Below are positions 1 through 12,535 of a stretch of 64,000 nucleotides of DNA, piece by piece; the stretch's first letter is position 1; each line of letters starts with the position of its first letter. This stretch comes from Epiperipatus broadwayi (Eukaryota; Animalia; Onychophora): positions 5,890,001 through 5,954,000 of the forward strand of contig JAQFVV010000008.1 in NCBI GenBank assembly GCA_028023455.1, in the 5' to 3' direction. The notes under the pieces were generated by a model. That model did no database searches. It saw only the letters and a program-made list of their open reading frames with translations, and had not been told where the DNA came from. The translations under genes and the position numbers were made by a program.

Positions 1-466
1 ACCATTGTCATATAAGCAGCTTCCTTGAATTTTCTTCTATGCATTTTTTCTTCTTTATCCAATATCTTTGTATTTTCCCACTTAAGCATGTGGTCATTAG
101 TACATACATGATCTTCTATGGTAGATACATCTGTTTTTTCTCTTTTAACCATTAGTTTATGCTCCTTCAATTGCTGTTCAACAGAGCAACAGGTCTCACC
201 AATGTATTTTCTTCCACATTCACATGGTATTTCATAGATGCAGTTTTTGTTCTTCAGCATTTCCAGTTTAGGCTTAGTAGAAGTAAGCATTCCTCAAAGT
301 GTGGTATGGCTTTGGAAAGCAGTTCTAATGTTATATTGATTGCAGATTTTCTTTAATTTGTCCGCCATTCCTGGTATGTATGGATACACTACCATACCAA
401 TAACTGTTTTCTCTTTTGGTGTCTCTTTGTGTTGTCTATTGAAGGTTTTTCTGATGACTGCTGATG
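1..466 (-). mobile_element. Inverted copy of the same Penelope-like endonuclease segment (runs off the window edge)
   Basis: Position i pairs with 948-i. ORF-track peptides 159..356(+) and 592..789(-) differ at only 4 of 65 residues. 15-nt spacer at 467-481. Confidence 0.9.
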
Positions 467-1128
467 GGCATGCTGGTTATTCATCAGCAGTCATCAGAAA
501 AACCTTCAATAGACAACACAAAGAGACACCAAAAGAGAAAACAGTTATTGGTATGGTAGTGTATCCATACATACCAGGAATGGCGGACAAATTAAAGAAA
601 ATCTGCAATCAATATAACATTAGAACTGCTTTCCAAAACCATACCACACTTCGAGGAATGCTTACTTCTACTAAGCCTAAACTGGAAATGCTGAAGAACA
701 AAAACTGCATCTATGAAATACCATGTGAATGTGAAAGAAAATACATTGGTGAGACTGGTCGCCCTGTTGAACAGCGATTGAAGGAGCATAAACTAATGGT
801 TAAAAGAGAAAAACAGCTGTATCTACCATAGCAGATCATGTATGTACTAATGACCATATGCTTAAGTGGAAAAATACAAAGATATTGGATAAAGAGGAAA
901 AAATGCATAGAAGAAAATTCAAGGAAGCTGCTCATATGACAATGATAAATAATCCTATAAGTCAACCCAGTGTGGCAATATACAATGTATGGAAGCCTCT
1001 AATTAATCTTGCTCTTAGGAAAAAATAAAAATAATAATAATAATTAGGAAAAAAAATTGGAGGACTCAGGAGGATTTGAACCAACCCTCATATATAAATA
1101 TATCAAATTTCTATTCTATGTCACCTTT

Positions 1129-1218
1129 GACAGAATAGCTCAGTTGGTAGAGCGTTTGCCTTAAATTCAATATTCAAGAATCTAAAGATGCAAGTTCAAC
1201 TTCTAAGCAAATATTGTC
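1129..1218 (+). ncRNA. tRNA-Phe-like sequence (A box, degenerate B box) with a 14-nt insertion in the anticodon arm; not a functional tRNA
   Basis: aatagctcagttggtagagcg...aatctaaagatgcaagttcaac resembles remembered metazoan tRNA-Phe (AATAGCTCAGTTGGGAGAGCG...GATCTAAAGGTCCCTGGTTCGA). It is bracketed by gaca..at / attgtc pairing. Confidence 0.65.
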
Positions 1219-1227
1219 ACTGTGCAT

Positions 1228-1296
1228 ACAGGCTATAAACACCTGAAGAAGAGTGGAGAATAATACTACTCAAAATGTTGTGTAATTACTAACCCA
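1228..1296 (+). ncRNA. Minimal type I hammerhead motif, family A copy 1 (G12A lesion)
   Basis: acac-CTGAAGA-a-gagt(loop)actc-AAAA-tg-TT-gtgt. GAAA has become AAAA after C, consistent with CpG decay. Confidence 0.65.
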
Positions 1297-1644
1297 TATT
1301 GTCTATTTGTGTGTTATTATTAACAAGTTGTTTGTATTTGGAAAGTTTAAATAAAGTTTAAAATGTTCTATACATTCAACATTCACTCATAAATGGTGGA
1401 AATAGTCCAACATATCACATCTTATAATATACCATCATTATCAACTAATCCACACTTAAGTCACCCATAAATACTACTAAAAAAGATATACATCAAATAA
1501 TAATATATCAAATTCTAGAATGACACTTTTATATTATCTACATAAAGTAAGAACAGTAAAAATAAATTGTGGAAAACTCAAATTAATATATATATATATA
1601 TATATATATAATTATAATGGGATGGCCTATTTGATAGCCTTGGT

Positions 1645-1850
1645 TAAAGCACCAAATATAATGAATGGCATTTAATCATCCCAGTTGATGCATCAAATAT
1701 AATATAATCGATTATATTTAATGCTTGGAAATCATTAACTTAATGCTTCACAGTTAGGTTCGCCAAATATAACAGAATGGATTATATTTAAAATCTAAGT
1801 TGGTCTTGTTAAATATAAGGAGATGATTAAATTCCCTAGAAAGAGGATAT
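1645..1850. repeat. Degenerate ~50-70 bp tandem repeat with palindromic core aaatataa...ttatattt
   Basis: caaatataa...attatatttaa-like units recur 3-4 times. Confidence 0.4.
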
Positions 1851-2741
1851 GCATTTCACTACAATCAAACTTTGGGTCTTCAGGTAGAATGCTAGAAATG
1901 AATCGATGAAATACTAAGTCCATGATTATATCTATCTTTATTATACTAGCTCAATAATCTTTAAATAAGTTTTAATATAATTTAGACTAGTTCATCCATT
2001 TTTCATCCCTCTTTCAGTCACCATTATGCCACGATATTCAAACTCATGGAGAATTTGCAATTAGCTCTTTTCAGGGATTATTCAAAACAAGTTATTATTT
2101 AATATGCCTTTATATAAGCATTAACTAATAATTGATATTCATATGATATTTATAATACTAGCACATATATAATATAATTTAATAATGATTACACAAAGAG
2201 ATCAAGTTAATAAATCAATATTTAATAAACAATAAAAAAATATAATATAATAGTTAAATAAACTATTAATAAATAAATACGGATGAATTTTACCATTTTA
2301 AAAATATTAATAAATAATATTTTATTTAATACCCTATGATAAAATTTAATACTATAATAAACTTTCAAAAATTAAAGAAAATAGTTTAAATTAACAGATA
2401 TATAAAAACAATATCTGGATTCGAAAATTAATAATTTATGTAACTTATTAATTTATTTACCATTCTTATTTATATGTTTCATAATTACTAATATATAAGT
2501 ACTATTTACAATTGTATAACTTATATATTATATGTATTTTTGATAAATAAAATACATTAAACGTTTACAATATTATGTAGTAAATACAATATAATCCTGT
2601 TTAAGATATCTGTCAAATAATAACTATTCTTTATATCCCTCATCTAATTTGATGAATTATGTCAAGCTTTCAATTAATTATATTTAATAATATAATTTTT
2701 CTATTAAGATATAATGATGCGATGCCAAATTTGAAATAAAG

Positions 2742-2772
<31 letters not shown>

Positions 2773-3827
2773 ACATATTAAAATAATATAAGCATTATTA
2801 TAATATATATAAATAAATAATAAAAAAAACTTATTTTCCAGAGTTGAGAGTAGATATTGAAGTCTATAGTTTATCATCCTAATGAAGATCTTTTACGAAG
2901 TATATTATTAATCCATTGGTATAATGATGATTTTATTTATCCTTAATTGGTAAACTGTTAATAATATCCAATGATTTGACTGATATGAAATAAAGTAAAT
3001 ATTCTTCGAATATAGATGTTCTTAATCTCAATTTTTCTATTATCATTAGACGTTCTATATATCCAATATTTCAAAATATTTTAAAATAGCATGCAAGGTT
3101 GGTTTCGAATCCTTTATGATACAAAGCTGTTCTACTCAAAGCACATTGTTTTATCCTATATATATATATATATAATTATCTTAAATTTATATATATCCGA
3201 AGAATAACGGAAGTGTTAAAACAACGTAGTTTCCAAAAAACTTAAACAGACGTTCTTTTCTTTTATATTGCTATTCCTTTAAGATTTAATAGAAAATTAA
3301 AATATTTTCCTTGCAGACTTTTAATCCACAGATTATCTTAATTTGGAAAAGTTAATATTTAAATTCCAATCGTTGAACAGTAGTATTGATAAAAGAAAAA
3401 GTTATTTAAAGAGAAATGATTTTCTTTTCTTCTCCTTAATAACAAGAGAACGAATGAATCTCCACGTGTGTTGTTACAAGTTCATGCTTTATTCAAATAT
3501 TAATTGTTCAATAGACATTAAGATTTAATAATAATATATATATATAAATATTTATTATTCTACCTCAAATTTGGCATTTTATTCAAAAACTTGACATTAA
3601 TATATATACTGTTTAAAGTTCACGTATATATAAAATCATTCATTTCAACTCCAAATCTGGCATTTTACTCAAAAGTTTAAGGTATGTATTATTTAAAACT
3701 CACATGTATATATAAATAGTTTATATATGTATACATAATAAAATAGTCAACTAAATTTTATATTTATAAATAATTTCATAAGAGATAAAACACATTAGAC
3801 CAATAATAATAACTGGAAGCAGTTACT

Positions 3828-3831
<4 letters not shown>

Positions 3832-3867
<36 letters not shown>
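3832..3867. repeat. (TA)n microsatellite; similar tracts near 1585, 3148, 7261, 29531 (TG) and 42103
   Basis: Directly visible dinucleotide runs. Confidence 0.9.
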
Positions 3868-3869
<2 letters not shown>

Positions 3870-3870
<1 letters not shown>

Positions 3871-4630
3871 GAATTATCAATGCTGCTCTTCCATAAAAAT
3901 TCTAGATTTGGTTCATATCATAAAAATCCATAGGAACAATAGTTAAAATCAACTGTAAATTCATCAAAATTAGATCTAACACATTTTATAATCATATGAA
4001 AAATATTAAAAGTATTCAAAATTACATCTGTATGTTATTTCTGCTTGATTTTTAATTAAAGTACATGGAGAAATCAAATCATTTCTAACAAACCATTGTC
4101 TATAAAATCCAAACTTTATGTTTGTATAATTTTTGTGAGTCATACATAAAAGATCTGTGAAGTAATTCATTGATTTATGTAAATATATTGATTATTTTTC
4201 ATTAATAAAAATCAAAAACTGATATAATAAATCTTCTTTTTATCAAAAATAATTTAATTAAACTACATGAATTATAAAGAGTGACATCAAAATTCGAATT
4301 TCCCAATTTTTATGTTTCAAGCAAAAAAAGTATTTCCAATACTATTAATAGTAAAAACTGCAATATCAAATCTTTCTAGATGGTTAATCTTCATTTTCAT
4401 GTTAAGTTTTGTAATCCAATTGAAATCTTGTCATTCAATAAAGGAACTTTATCTTTCTCAGGAACTAAAAGAATGTTCATTTTGTTATGTATAGTATCAA
4501 TATCAGCCTGAAGTTTCATAACTTTAATTGAAAGTTCCAACATAGCAGCATATATAACTGGTAATAATTTAATTTTTCCTAAATATCTTTTAAAACTGAA
4601 ATTAAAGATTGTAATAGAGTTTAACACATT
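3870..4630 (-). mobile_element. Decayed CR1/L2-like LINE, 3' RT fragment
   Basis: Minus-strand LL..IYAAM....LQADID (YADD region), followed by LGF..R and VRS-like motifs. Confidence 0.55.
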
Positions 4631-7600
4631 GCCATCAGATTAATGATCTCTGCAATCGTATATCACCAGTCTTGTTTAAATGATAGTTGGTATGTGTCTA
4701 TTGCAACAGTAAATAAAGGTAATACAGTGATGTGCTAACTTGGTAGTGCTATGATGATGATGATGTCTTGGAATGAGAGAATGCAGTCAATGCAGCAAGA
4801 AGGAAATGAGCATATTTTATTGTATTCTGATGGTTTTTAAAATAATGCATTCATAATAGCATTCTTCTCCCTTTTCTCTTATTCATGTAATACTGTTGGG
4901 TTATTTTTTAAAATTTTAAATATTAGTTAAAAAATAAAGCCAAATTTCAAGAATAATAACTATAACCTTGCATGAATCAATATATTATTATTATTTTACT
5001 ACATTTTTATTTCAATCTGAATATGTGCTTGTTTAATTAAATGTTTGCAGCACATACTTTTTTATTTACATATATATATAAGTAAATAAAATACATATTT
5101 TGAAAGTAAAAATTTAGCAAAACAAAACTTTTCCTTTAGCACATAAAAATATTGATATGGCTTTAAAATAAACTTAGCAATGGATGACTTAGTCCTCTCC
5201 AATAGACTTAAAAATATAATTTACAAAGTATTTAAACCAAACTAATTAAGGTAAAAATTTATATATATTTCCTAATTTTAAGCTAAACAATTTTTTTTTA
5301 CTATACAAATACAAACCATTAACCTATTATACTATAAATATCTTCTAATATTGAAGCCATGTAAACTTTTGGTATATTTCACATATGATCTAAAATTTCT
5401 ATTTCTAAATGTAATTCATCACATATATATAAAGTCAACTTATAAGTAAATTCTCAATTCCAATACAATAATTAAAAAGCAGTTAAAACTTATTAAGCAA
5501 ATAAAGAAAAAAAAAACATATCCACTAAGAAACAATCAGAGATCATCTTATAATAATAATACTATTAATTTAATTCATTTTATTTGTAAATAAAGAGTTC
5601 AAAAGATGCCATGAGCATTTATAGAATTAGTGCATATGAAGTGATAAAATTAATATGTATAATTACCATTAACATACAGCAATACTATTTACATAAACGT
5701 TGATGTAATACTGATGTTATTTTGCTTTTAAATAATGTGCAGTTTAAAGAAAGTATTATAATGTAATTGCAACCTAGGAAAAATTAAATTAACAGAATGT
5801 TTTAAAATAGATATGTAAAACAATTCATAACATTTAGAATTAAAAGTTGGAATATAAATAAGATTTTTCTGATTGTGTAGTATAATGATGCAATATCATG
5901 CACTAATTTAAATAGAAATTATATATCTGTTAACAGTTTTGTATTGTACATACTATCATCCATCAAAAAAAAAGAAAATTTAGAGGTGTGGTTTGTTGCT
6001 AGTGGCACCTATACAATAAATAAATAAAAAAGATTCATGTGTTGCTTTTTCATGCAAGTGGAAAATATAAATGTATCAATTTACATAATAATTACTTTAA
6101 ATGTTCATTCTCTGCTTCCTCTTCCTCACTTACAAATTTGACTCTATCTAGTGCTATAAATATGGCCTGCCTGGTTGAAAGCAGCATTTAAGCTGCAGTT
6201 AATTTGTAACTTTGTTAATCTTTCTTTTGTAGTAAACTACACTTGGTATTCAATTACAAAATAAAAAAGAAAAGAAGTAAAGTTTATAGAGATACTATTG
6301 TCTTCTTTATATATGATTTATCTTTATAAGATATATTCAAAATATTTGTCCTGAAGTTTTTGTAATTTATTTATTTTTAACTGTTTGTATGAATTCCAGA
6401 TAATAAATCCATAGTGCATAACAGGTACCATTAGAATGTCAAAGATGTTTGTAATTTCAATTGAATATTTAATCTTAAACTCAAATCCATAATTTTGAAA
6501 AACCTATTGAACCACTGATTGAATATGATTATTAAATGTAAAACTACTAGTGAAAATAAGACTCCGATCTTTTAGTTTAAAATTTCTAGCAATTTTATTG
6601 CCATTAATACAAGTGACTATTACTGATTTATATTTTTAATATTTAATTGCATATTATTGTCATGGCATCAATTATAAAAAACATTAACACAATTTTGTAA
6701 TATTTTACTATCATTTATATGTCGGATCTCTAAAAATATCTTAATGCTATCTGCATAACATAAAATACTTTTTTTCAGCCGTAGTAGATGCCGACTCAGA
6801 TGTATAAATGGCAAAAAAGAATAGAATTTGGAATTTTTCCTTGGGGAATTTCATATTTGTAAGTAATCATAAAAGAAAATCTCCATTGATAATAACAATT
6901 TTTTCTATCATTAAGAAAAGACTTCATAAGTTATAAAAGACTAATTGATAAACCAATTCTGTCTCAAGATCCATTCTATCAAAAACTTAAAATAGATTAA
7001 AATATAACAAGTTGACTTTGAAAGTCAATAATTTATGCTATAGTATTTAATATATGTAGAAAGTTTGTTTCAATAGAGAGAGCATCCTGCAACAATATTA
7101 TAATTTTTTCCACTAATATTATGGTACAAGTTGATGATAAAAAGGTGGTCTAAAATTAGGTCCAAGTCTGATTTTTACTCCCCTCCCCCCCATCCCGATT
7201 ACAAACTGAAATTATTTTTGCAAATTTCTAGCACTCAGAAAAAAGTTTTTAAAAATAAATCATATATATATATATATGTGTGTGTGTGGGTGTGTTAGAG
7301 TTGGAGCTGAAAGCAGAATGCAATCTTTATAAATGAATACAAGGTAATACAGATATATTATCATACACAATATTTTTTTTATTTTTTTAAAGATTTATAT
7401 GCATTTATAATCTTATACATATTTAGTCTGTGCTCATATACCCTATATATTACATACATTGATATAGGTATATAATAAGCCTGTATTTCAGTTATTAAAT
7501 AGTTATATTTATCAAATTACTGTTTTCTAAATTATTAACAGCAATACAATAACTATTGTAACACGACACATTCGAGATAAAAATGCACATTTGAGATAAA

Positions 7601-8429
7601 AAAAAAATATCTTAATTTATCTGACTTAAAGTCAATTGTTTCTATACTTTGGTTATTGCTTTGGGTTATAGCAAATGTTATTTTGTTCATTTTCCATATA
7701 TAAGTAAAAATCCTGTTTATCTAATTTTCTTATTAAAAAACCAATAATTTTAAAAATTATTCAATAACATTCTACTCCCATATTTTTGAATAAAATTTAT
7801 TGTTCAATATATATACATATTGTAAAATCAACAAAAGGTAAAATTATTTATAATATAATATTTTGAACAAATTATAAAAATATCATCCTTTTTTATAAGT
7901 TAGATAACGATTTAGAGTATTGAGAATATATATTTTATTGGGACAAATCAGTCTATAATATCAGACGGCAATATTGAAACTATTTCTACTTTCTTAACAG
8001 CAAACAATCTAAATTTCATGAATTTTCTGTTTAATAATATTTTAATTGTCAATGCAAGATAATAAAAATCTTCAATCATTAAAGGATATTCCATTTCTGA
8101 ATACTAATAAGATGATAATTAGTGATTAATAAACATAAATATAACCATAATATCGGATATATCACTGATTTGTTTTAAAGTCCAAAACTTTAAATAATTG
8201 TTTTAAGCCGTAAATTTAAAATTATTATTTTGAGAAACATTGCTTCTATAATACGTGATGCTCAAATCACACATAATTAGTATTTTATGTGTGTGTAAAA
8301 TGAGAAATAACTCTAATGTTTCTAGATTTGATTTCAAAGGTTCCTGTAAAACATTAGGAGGAATATACATATTTGCCAATAACAATTTAGAATTATGTAA
8401 TTCAATTTCAATCCATATTACATTATAGG

Positions 8430-11400
8430 CAGTGATGATATCCAACCGGTTCGCACCGGTTCGCGCGAACGGGTTCTTAAAATTTAAAAAAAAATTAGCG
8501 AACCGGTAGTTAAATTATCCGAAAATAAATTTTATTCTTATCCTAAAAAAAAGTTGAATTAACAAATTACTTAATTATTTCCAACAATAGTCTAGAACAT
8601 TATTTGCATTTTTTTTTTTGTTATATCTAATGTAACAATGATTCTTTTTGAACAGATTGGGTTCAAAATGCTTTCCCCAAAATAATTCGACTATACGATA
8701 TTGCACTTGGAACGTGTGATATGCGCGATGAAATTTGAGTGATTAAGAAATATTCTGTAAGAAATAGTTCACAACAGTTTTGTTTTAGTTAATTAAATCC
8801 ATTATTTATCGCATTTCAAATTAGTTTCTTTAAAAGTATACAAATAAAAAGTTATTTTATTAGTGATAAAGGAACCCATATTTAATTTTTACACAAAGTA
8901 AATAAGAAATTAATTAACTATTAGTTTACTTACATTTAACAGAGGCGTTATTAAAATTAAAAATTAGAAATAAATTCGGCACAAAAGTATTTATGTATTA
9001 CCATAATTTTTTTAATGAAATTTACTCTTGCTAAAATTATTTTACTTTAAAGATAAAATAACTTCATTCAAAAGGACCTATCATTGCGAAAACAAACAAT
9101 AATAGAAAACCATTGTTCAAATGATTTTGTTATGCGACGTTGTTTTAAATATTTATTTAACTTTTATTTTTTATTTAAATACTTTATTTCTTCACTTACA
9201 TATTTATCATGCAAGATTTGTTTTTATTTGATTAGTAAATTTAATGGATGATCAGCTATAGTAAGTTTATAGTATATTATTTTCATTTAATTTGCTATAT
9301 CTGATGTAACAGTGCTCTTTTTTTTAACAATAAGTTCAACATATTTTTTCTAGAATAACTTGTCAGGATGATAAATATAACAATATCTTTGGCTCATCAA
9401 GTGGCATGACTCGTTTTCAAATATATTTTTTTTCTTTTTCTTTTTTTAATTTAAATATTTTATTTCAGTTTTATGATTTGTTACAACTCATTTGTATTAA
9501 AAATCAATTAATTAGATGGGTTTTTTTCTAAGGTGAATGTAATACTAGAATATAATAAAAATAAACCCTTCACAAGTAATGAAACAAAAATGCCAAACAA
9601 TATCAGATTCCTTCATAAAAGATCCAAAAACTGATACAGAATCGAAAACGATAGTAAAGGATGATATTTTGAATCAAGTTTTGTTTTCTGTTTCTTCAGA
9701 TGCAACAGAAAATAATGTTGACAACACAAATAAGCTGTCCAGTTAAAAAGTACAAAAGATGCATATAAAATAAATGTAGATAGTGACCTTCCTGGCTGCT
9801 GGAATATGAAATAAGCCAATGAGTTCAAAGAAAAATATTGTGGTTTACTTATTATTGGAAAAAAACTTGATTGTGATAACTATATCAAAATCGAGTCAAT
9901 AAAAGTGAAGGCAGCTCATGTGTCAAAAGAATGGAGAAGTAATATTGTTCCAAGTGGAAAAAATAAAATGGTTCAACAAGCCTCTCTTCAAAAAAAAATA
10001 AAGGAACACTTTTCATCAAAAGCACACCAGATATGTGTGATGCCATTGAAAGAAAGTGCAAAAAGTGCAATTTTCAAATTCATAGACAAAGTTCATGAAA
10101 AGTTTATGAGCTCCATCTGTAAAATTTTCAGTACGGTTTGCACTTTAGCAAAATGAAACTGACCGTTTTCTGATATTGAACATTTGATAGATTTATAATA
10201 AAAAGAATGAATTAGATATGGGAGTGGGATTTCATTCTCAATTCCTGGTTATCAAAATTGTTGAGCACATTGAAAAATACATTAAAAAGAAAGTGTTTAG
10301 AAGAATATTAAATCAGAATTTAAAGACATGTTTATAATTAATGAGGCATCAACAATATCATGCAAACCAATTCTTATCATTTTTTATTAAGGTTAAAGAT
10401 GCAGATTTCTCACCAACAATTTTTGTAGATTTAGTGGAATTACAAAACAAAGATGCTGAAACCATTTACACTGCTCTATTACAAAGTCTGCAATCAGTAG
10501 GAATTGGTAACCCATATTTAAAGAATAATTTGATTGGATTTTGTTCAGATGGAGTAATTGTGATCCTGGAAAGGTATTCAGAAGTGAATGTTAAAATAAA
10601 AAACCACTATCCTGAGATTATTATTTGGCATTGTTTGAATCATCACCTTCAGCTTATGCTGGAAGATTTTATCAAAGACATAAAGCAAATGAACCACTTT
10701 ACAGCATTTATTAATGAAATATGTAAAATCTTCCATCAGTCTAATAAAAACCAAATGACATTGAATAAAATTTCAACCAATTTAGGAATTGGAAATTCTA
10801 AAAATTGTAGATTTTTTAACACAAGATGGGAAGCCAGTCATCATAGAACAGCAGTTGCAACATGGTGAGCCTATCCAGCACTATATGATTTTTTTTATTA
10901 ATAAAAAATTTTCTGGAATGACTAAACATCTTGCCAACAAATATTTTATGAGATCTAGCTTTAAGAATCAATATTCTAGAAGGAATTGCTTTGTTGGCAG
11001 ATGCTATTCGAGGAAGGAGTGTAAATATATTGAATGCTGAACAGTTTATTAAGAAAACAATTAAAGCATTTGAATATCTCAAAGAAGAGTGGAAGTTATG
11101 ACAAAATAATAAATGAAACTGTCTCTTCTAAGGAATTTCTGCATATTAATTTTGTTGAAGACAACAAATGAGTGAGTCTTCCCATTAAAAATTACTGAAT
11201 GTAATGATAACAAATATGGAATTAAGATTAATGGATCGTAATAGCATAAGTAATAATATTCAAGATGGAAATCATAAAATCCATCAATTAGTTAAAATTG
11301 TGAACCGAGATGCTTGGAATCTGGAAGAAGCTGTAGTTCTCTGGAAAGAATTTGAAGAGAAATTATCAGATTTTTACAAAGCATTTCACCATGAGATTTC

Positions 11401-12039
11401 AGTTAATGATTTACCTGATTATGTTGAAAATGTTTTGAGAAATCACCAGAAACATGTTATACATGAAACTATCCACAGAGCTAAAAATATAATTAAAACC
11501 AAGGCTGAATGAAGGTTTTCTGTGGTGAACACAATTTATTCAGATAAAAGAAATCACCTTGAAGTGAAAAATGTGGCAAATTCTTCTAGTAATAAATTGG
11601 ATAGGTCTTCCATTAGATCACTGGGATTGCAGTGACTCAGTTCAAGTTTGGCCAAGAAATCACAATACAGCTGATGATGCTATAGTCAAAAAGCATCATC
11701 AACCTGAAGAGACATATGATGTGACTAGAATGTCACTATGGAAATATCTTGCCAAATAAATGTTTTTTTTCCATTTATAAAAAGAGTTTAATTCTTTTTT
11801 AAGTCCATAAGTGAGATTGCAAAGTATATCATAGTGCGCATGTGCAAGGCAGCACTTTTTTGTGTATGGTGGGGGGGGGAGCATGCAAAATTTCTGAGAA
11901 GTCACCAAAAATTTTTAGGTATGAAACCAAGAAGTGATTTACTTCCATGCTTAGAAAAAAGAAAAATAAACAAAATAGGTTCTTAAATACAATCTACTTT
12001 TAGAGAACCGGTTCTTGGAAATTTGGGATATCATCACTG
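8430..12039 (+). mobile_element. hAT DNA transposon (Tip100/KIAA1586-ZNF862-like), full length, 3610 bp
   Basis: 14-bp TIR CAGTGATGATATCC at both ends, perfect 8-bp TSD ATTATAGG (8422-8429 and 12040-12047), and subterminal AACCGGTTC repeats. Confidence 0.93.
9579..11759 (+). pseudogene. hAT transposase pseudogene (several stops and frameshifts)
   Basis: ORF pieces 9905-10156, 10341-10868, 11204-11512 and 11571-11759. Motifs NEASTI (DE), GFCSDG, WHCLNHHLQL and TRW, plus a decayed AE.GFS.VN dimerisation motif. Confidence 0.85.
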
Positions 12040-12317
12040 ATTATAGGCAATGTATTTCTTGACTGCAACAAGTACATCCTTAGTTTTAGATGTTATAGAT
12101 GCTACTATATCACATTTAAAGGCATTGAATCTACCACCCATCAATTTTTTATTATAGATATCCTCCTTTAATCATGTTTGTGTTATATAAATAACATCAT
12201 AATCTTTTATTAAGCCTTATCTACAATCTCCTGATATTTTATAAGAAATATTTAATATTTTTGTATCCATCATTGATAGATTGTTCAAGAGGTACACATA
12301 TTACTTATAATACATTG

Positions 12318-12535
12318 GGTACTCTAACCCGACCTACACGATGGCCGCTAGAGGCGCTGTTTCTGTGTTAGCACACAGAACATAGTGTAGGGGCCTGTGC
12401 ATACGCATGGAGAACAGCGCCACCTAGCGGCAGGAAAAAGCGTCATCTGCTTTTGAGGCCCCTACCCTGTATGTTCTGTGTGCTAACACAGAAACAGCGC
12501 CTTTAGCAGCCATCGTGTAGGTCGGGTTAGGTACC
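12318..12535. mobile_element. Merlin-type MITE (218 bp, GC-rich)
   Basis: ~80-bp TIRs starting GGTAC (fits the Merlin GGNRM terminus) and a perfect 8-bp TSD ATACATTG (12310-12317 and 12536-12543). Confidence 0.82.
12415..12432 (-). promoter_or_regulatory. Canonical CTCF-type motif TGCCGCTAGGTGGCGCTG inside the MITE
   Basis: Matches the CC(A/G)C(C/T)AG(A/G)(G/T)GGCGC consensus. Binding is not demonstrated. Confidence 0.6.

Larger units (their letters stand above)
475..1430 (+). mobile_element. Penelope-like element, 5'-truncated copy: GIY-YIG endonuclease C-terminal region (frameshifted, ends at TAA ~1027) plus 3' region with tRNA-like head and hammerhead
   Basis: Peptide GY...PYIPG...NCIYEIPCECERKYIGETGRPVEQRLKEHK...H...W...ILDKE...RKFKEA matches the PLE GIY-YIG domain. 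Confidence 0.88.
6290..12290 (-). mobile_element. Decayed CR1-like LINE (APE plus RT, internally deleted), split by the hAT insertion at 8430-12039
   Basis: The APE peptide continues across the insertion (...DVLVAVKKYIAY|NVIWIEIE...ANMYIPP...CDL). RT motifs SFLNDRK, EIPQG, CYADSIKIF and KDRSLIF..F.FNNHI lie at 7130-6290. Confidence 0.72.

Noticed and set aside
159-356. 65-aa ORF and its twin at 592-789
   Set aside because: These are antisense shadows of the PLE endonuclease frame, duplicated by the palindrome.
4750-4832. Possible C/D snoRNA (ATGATGA ... CTGA)
   Set aside because: The C box is part of a (TGA)n microsatellite, with no terminal stem or recognisable guide.
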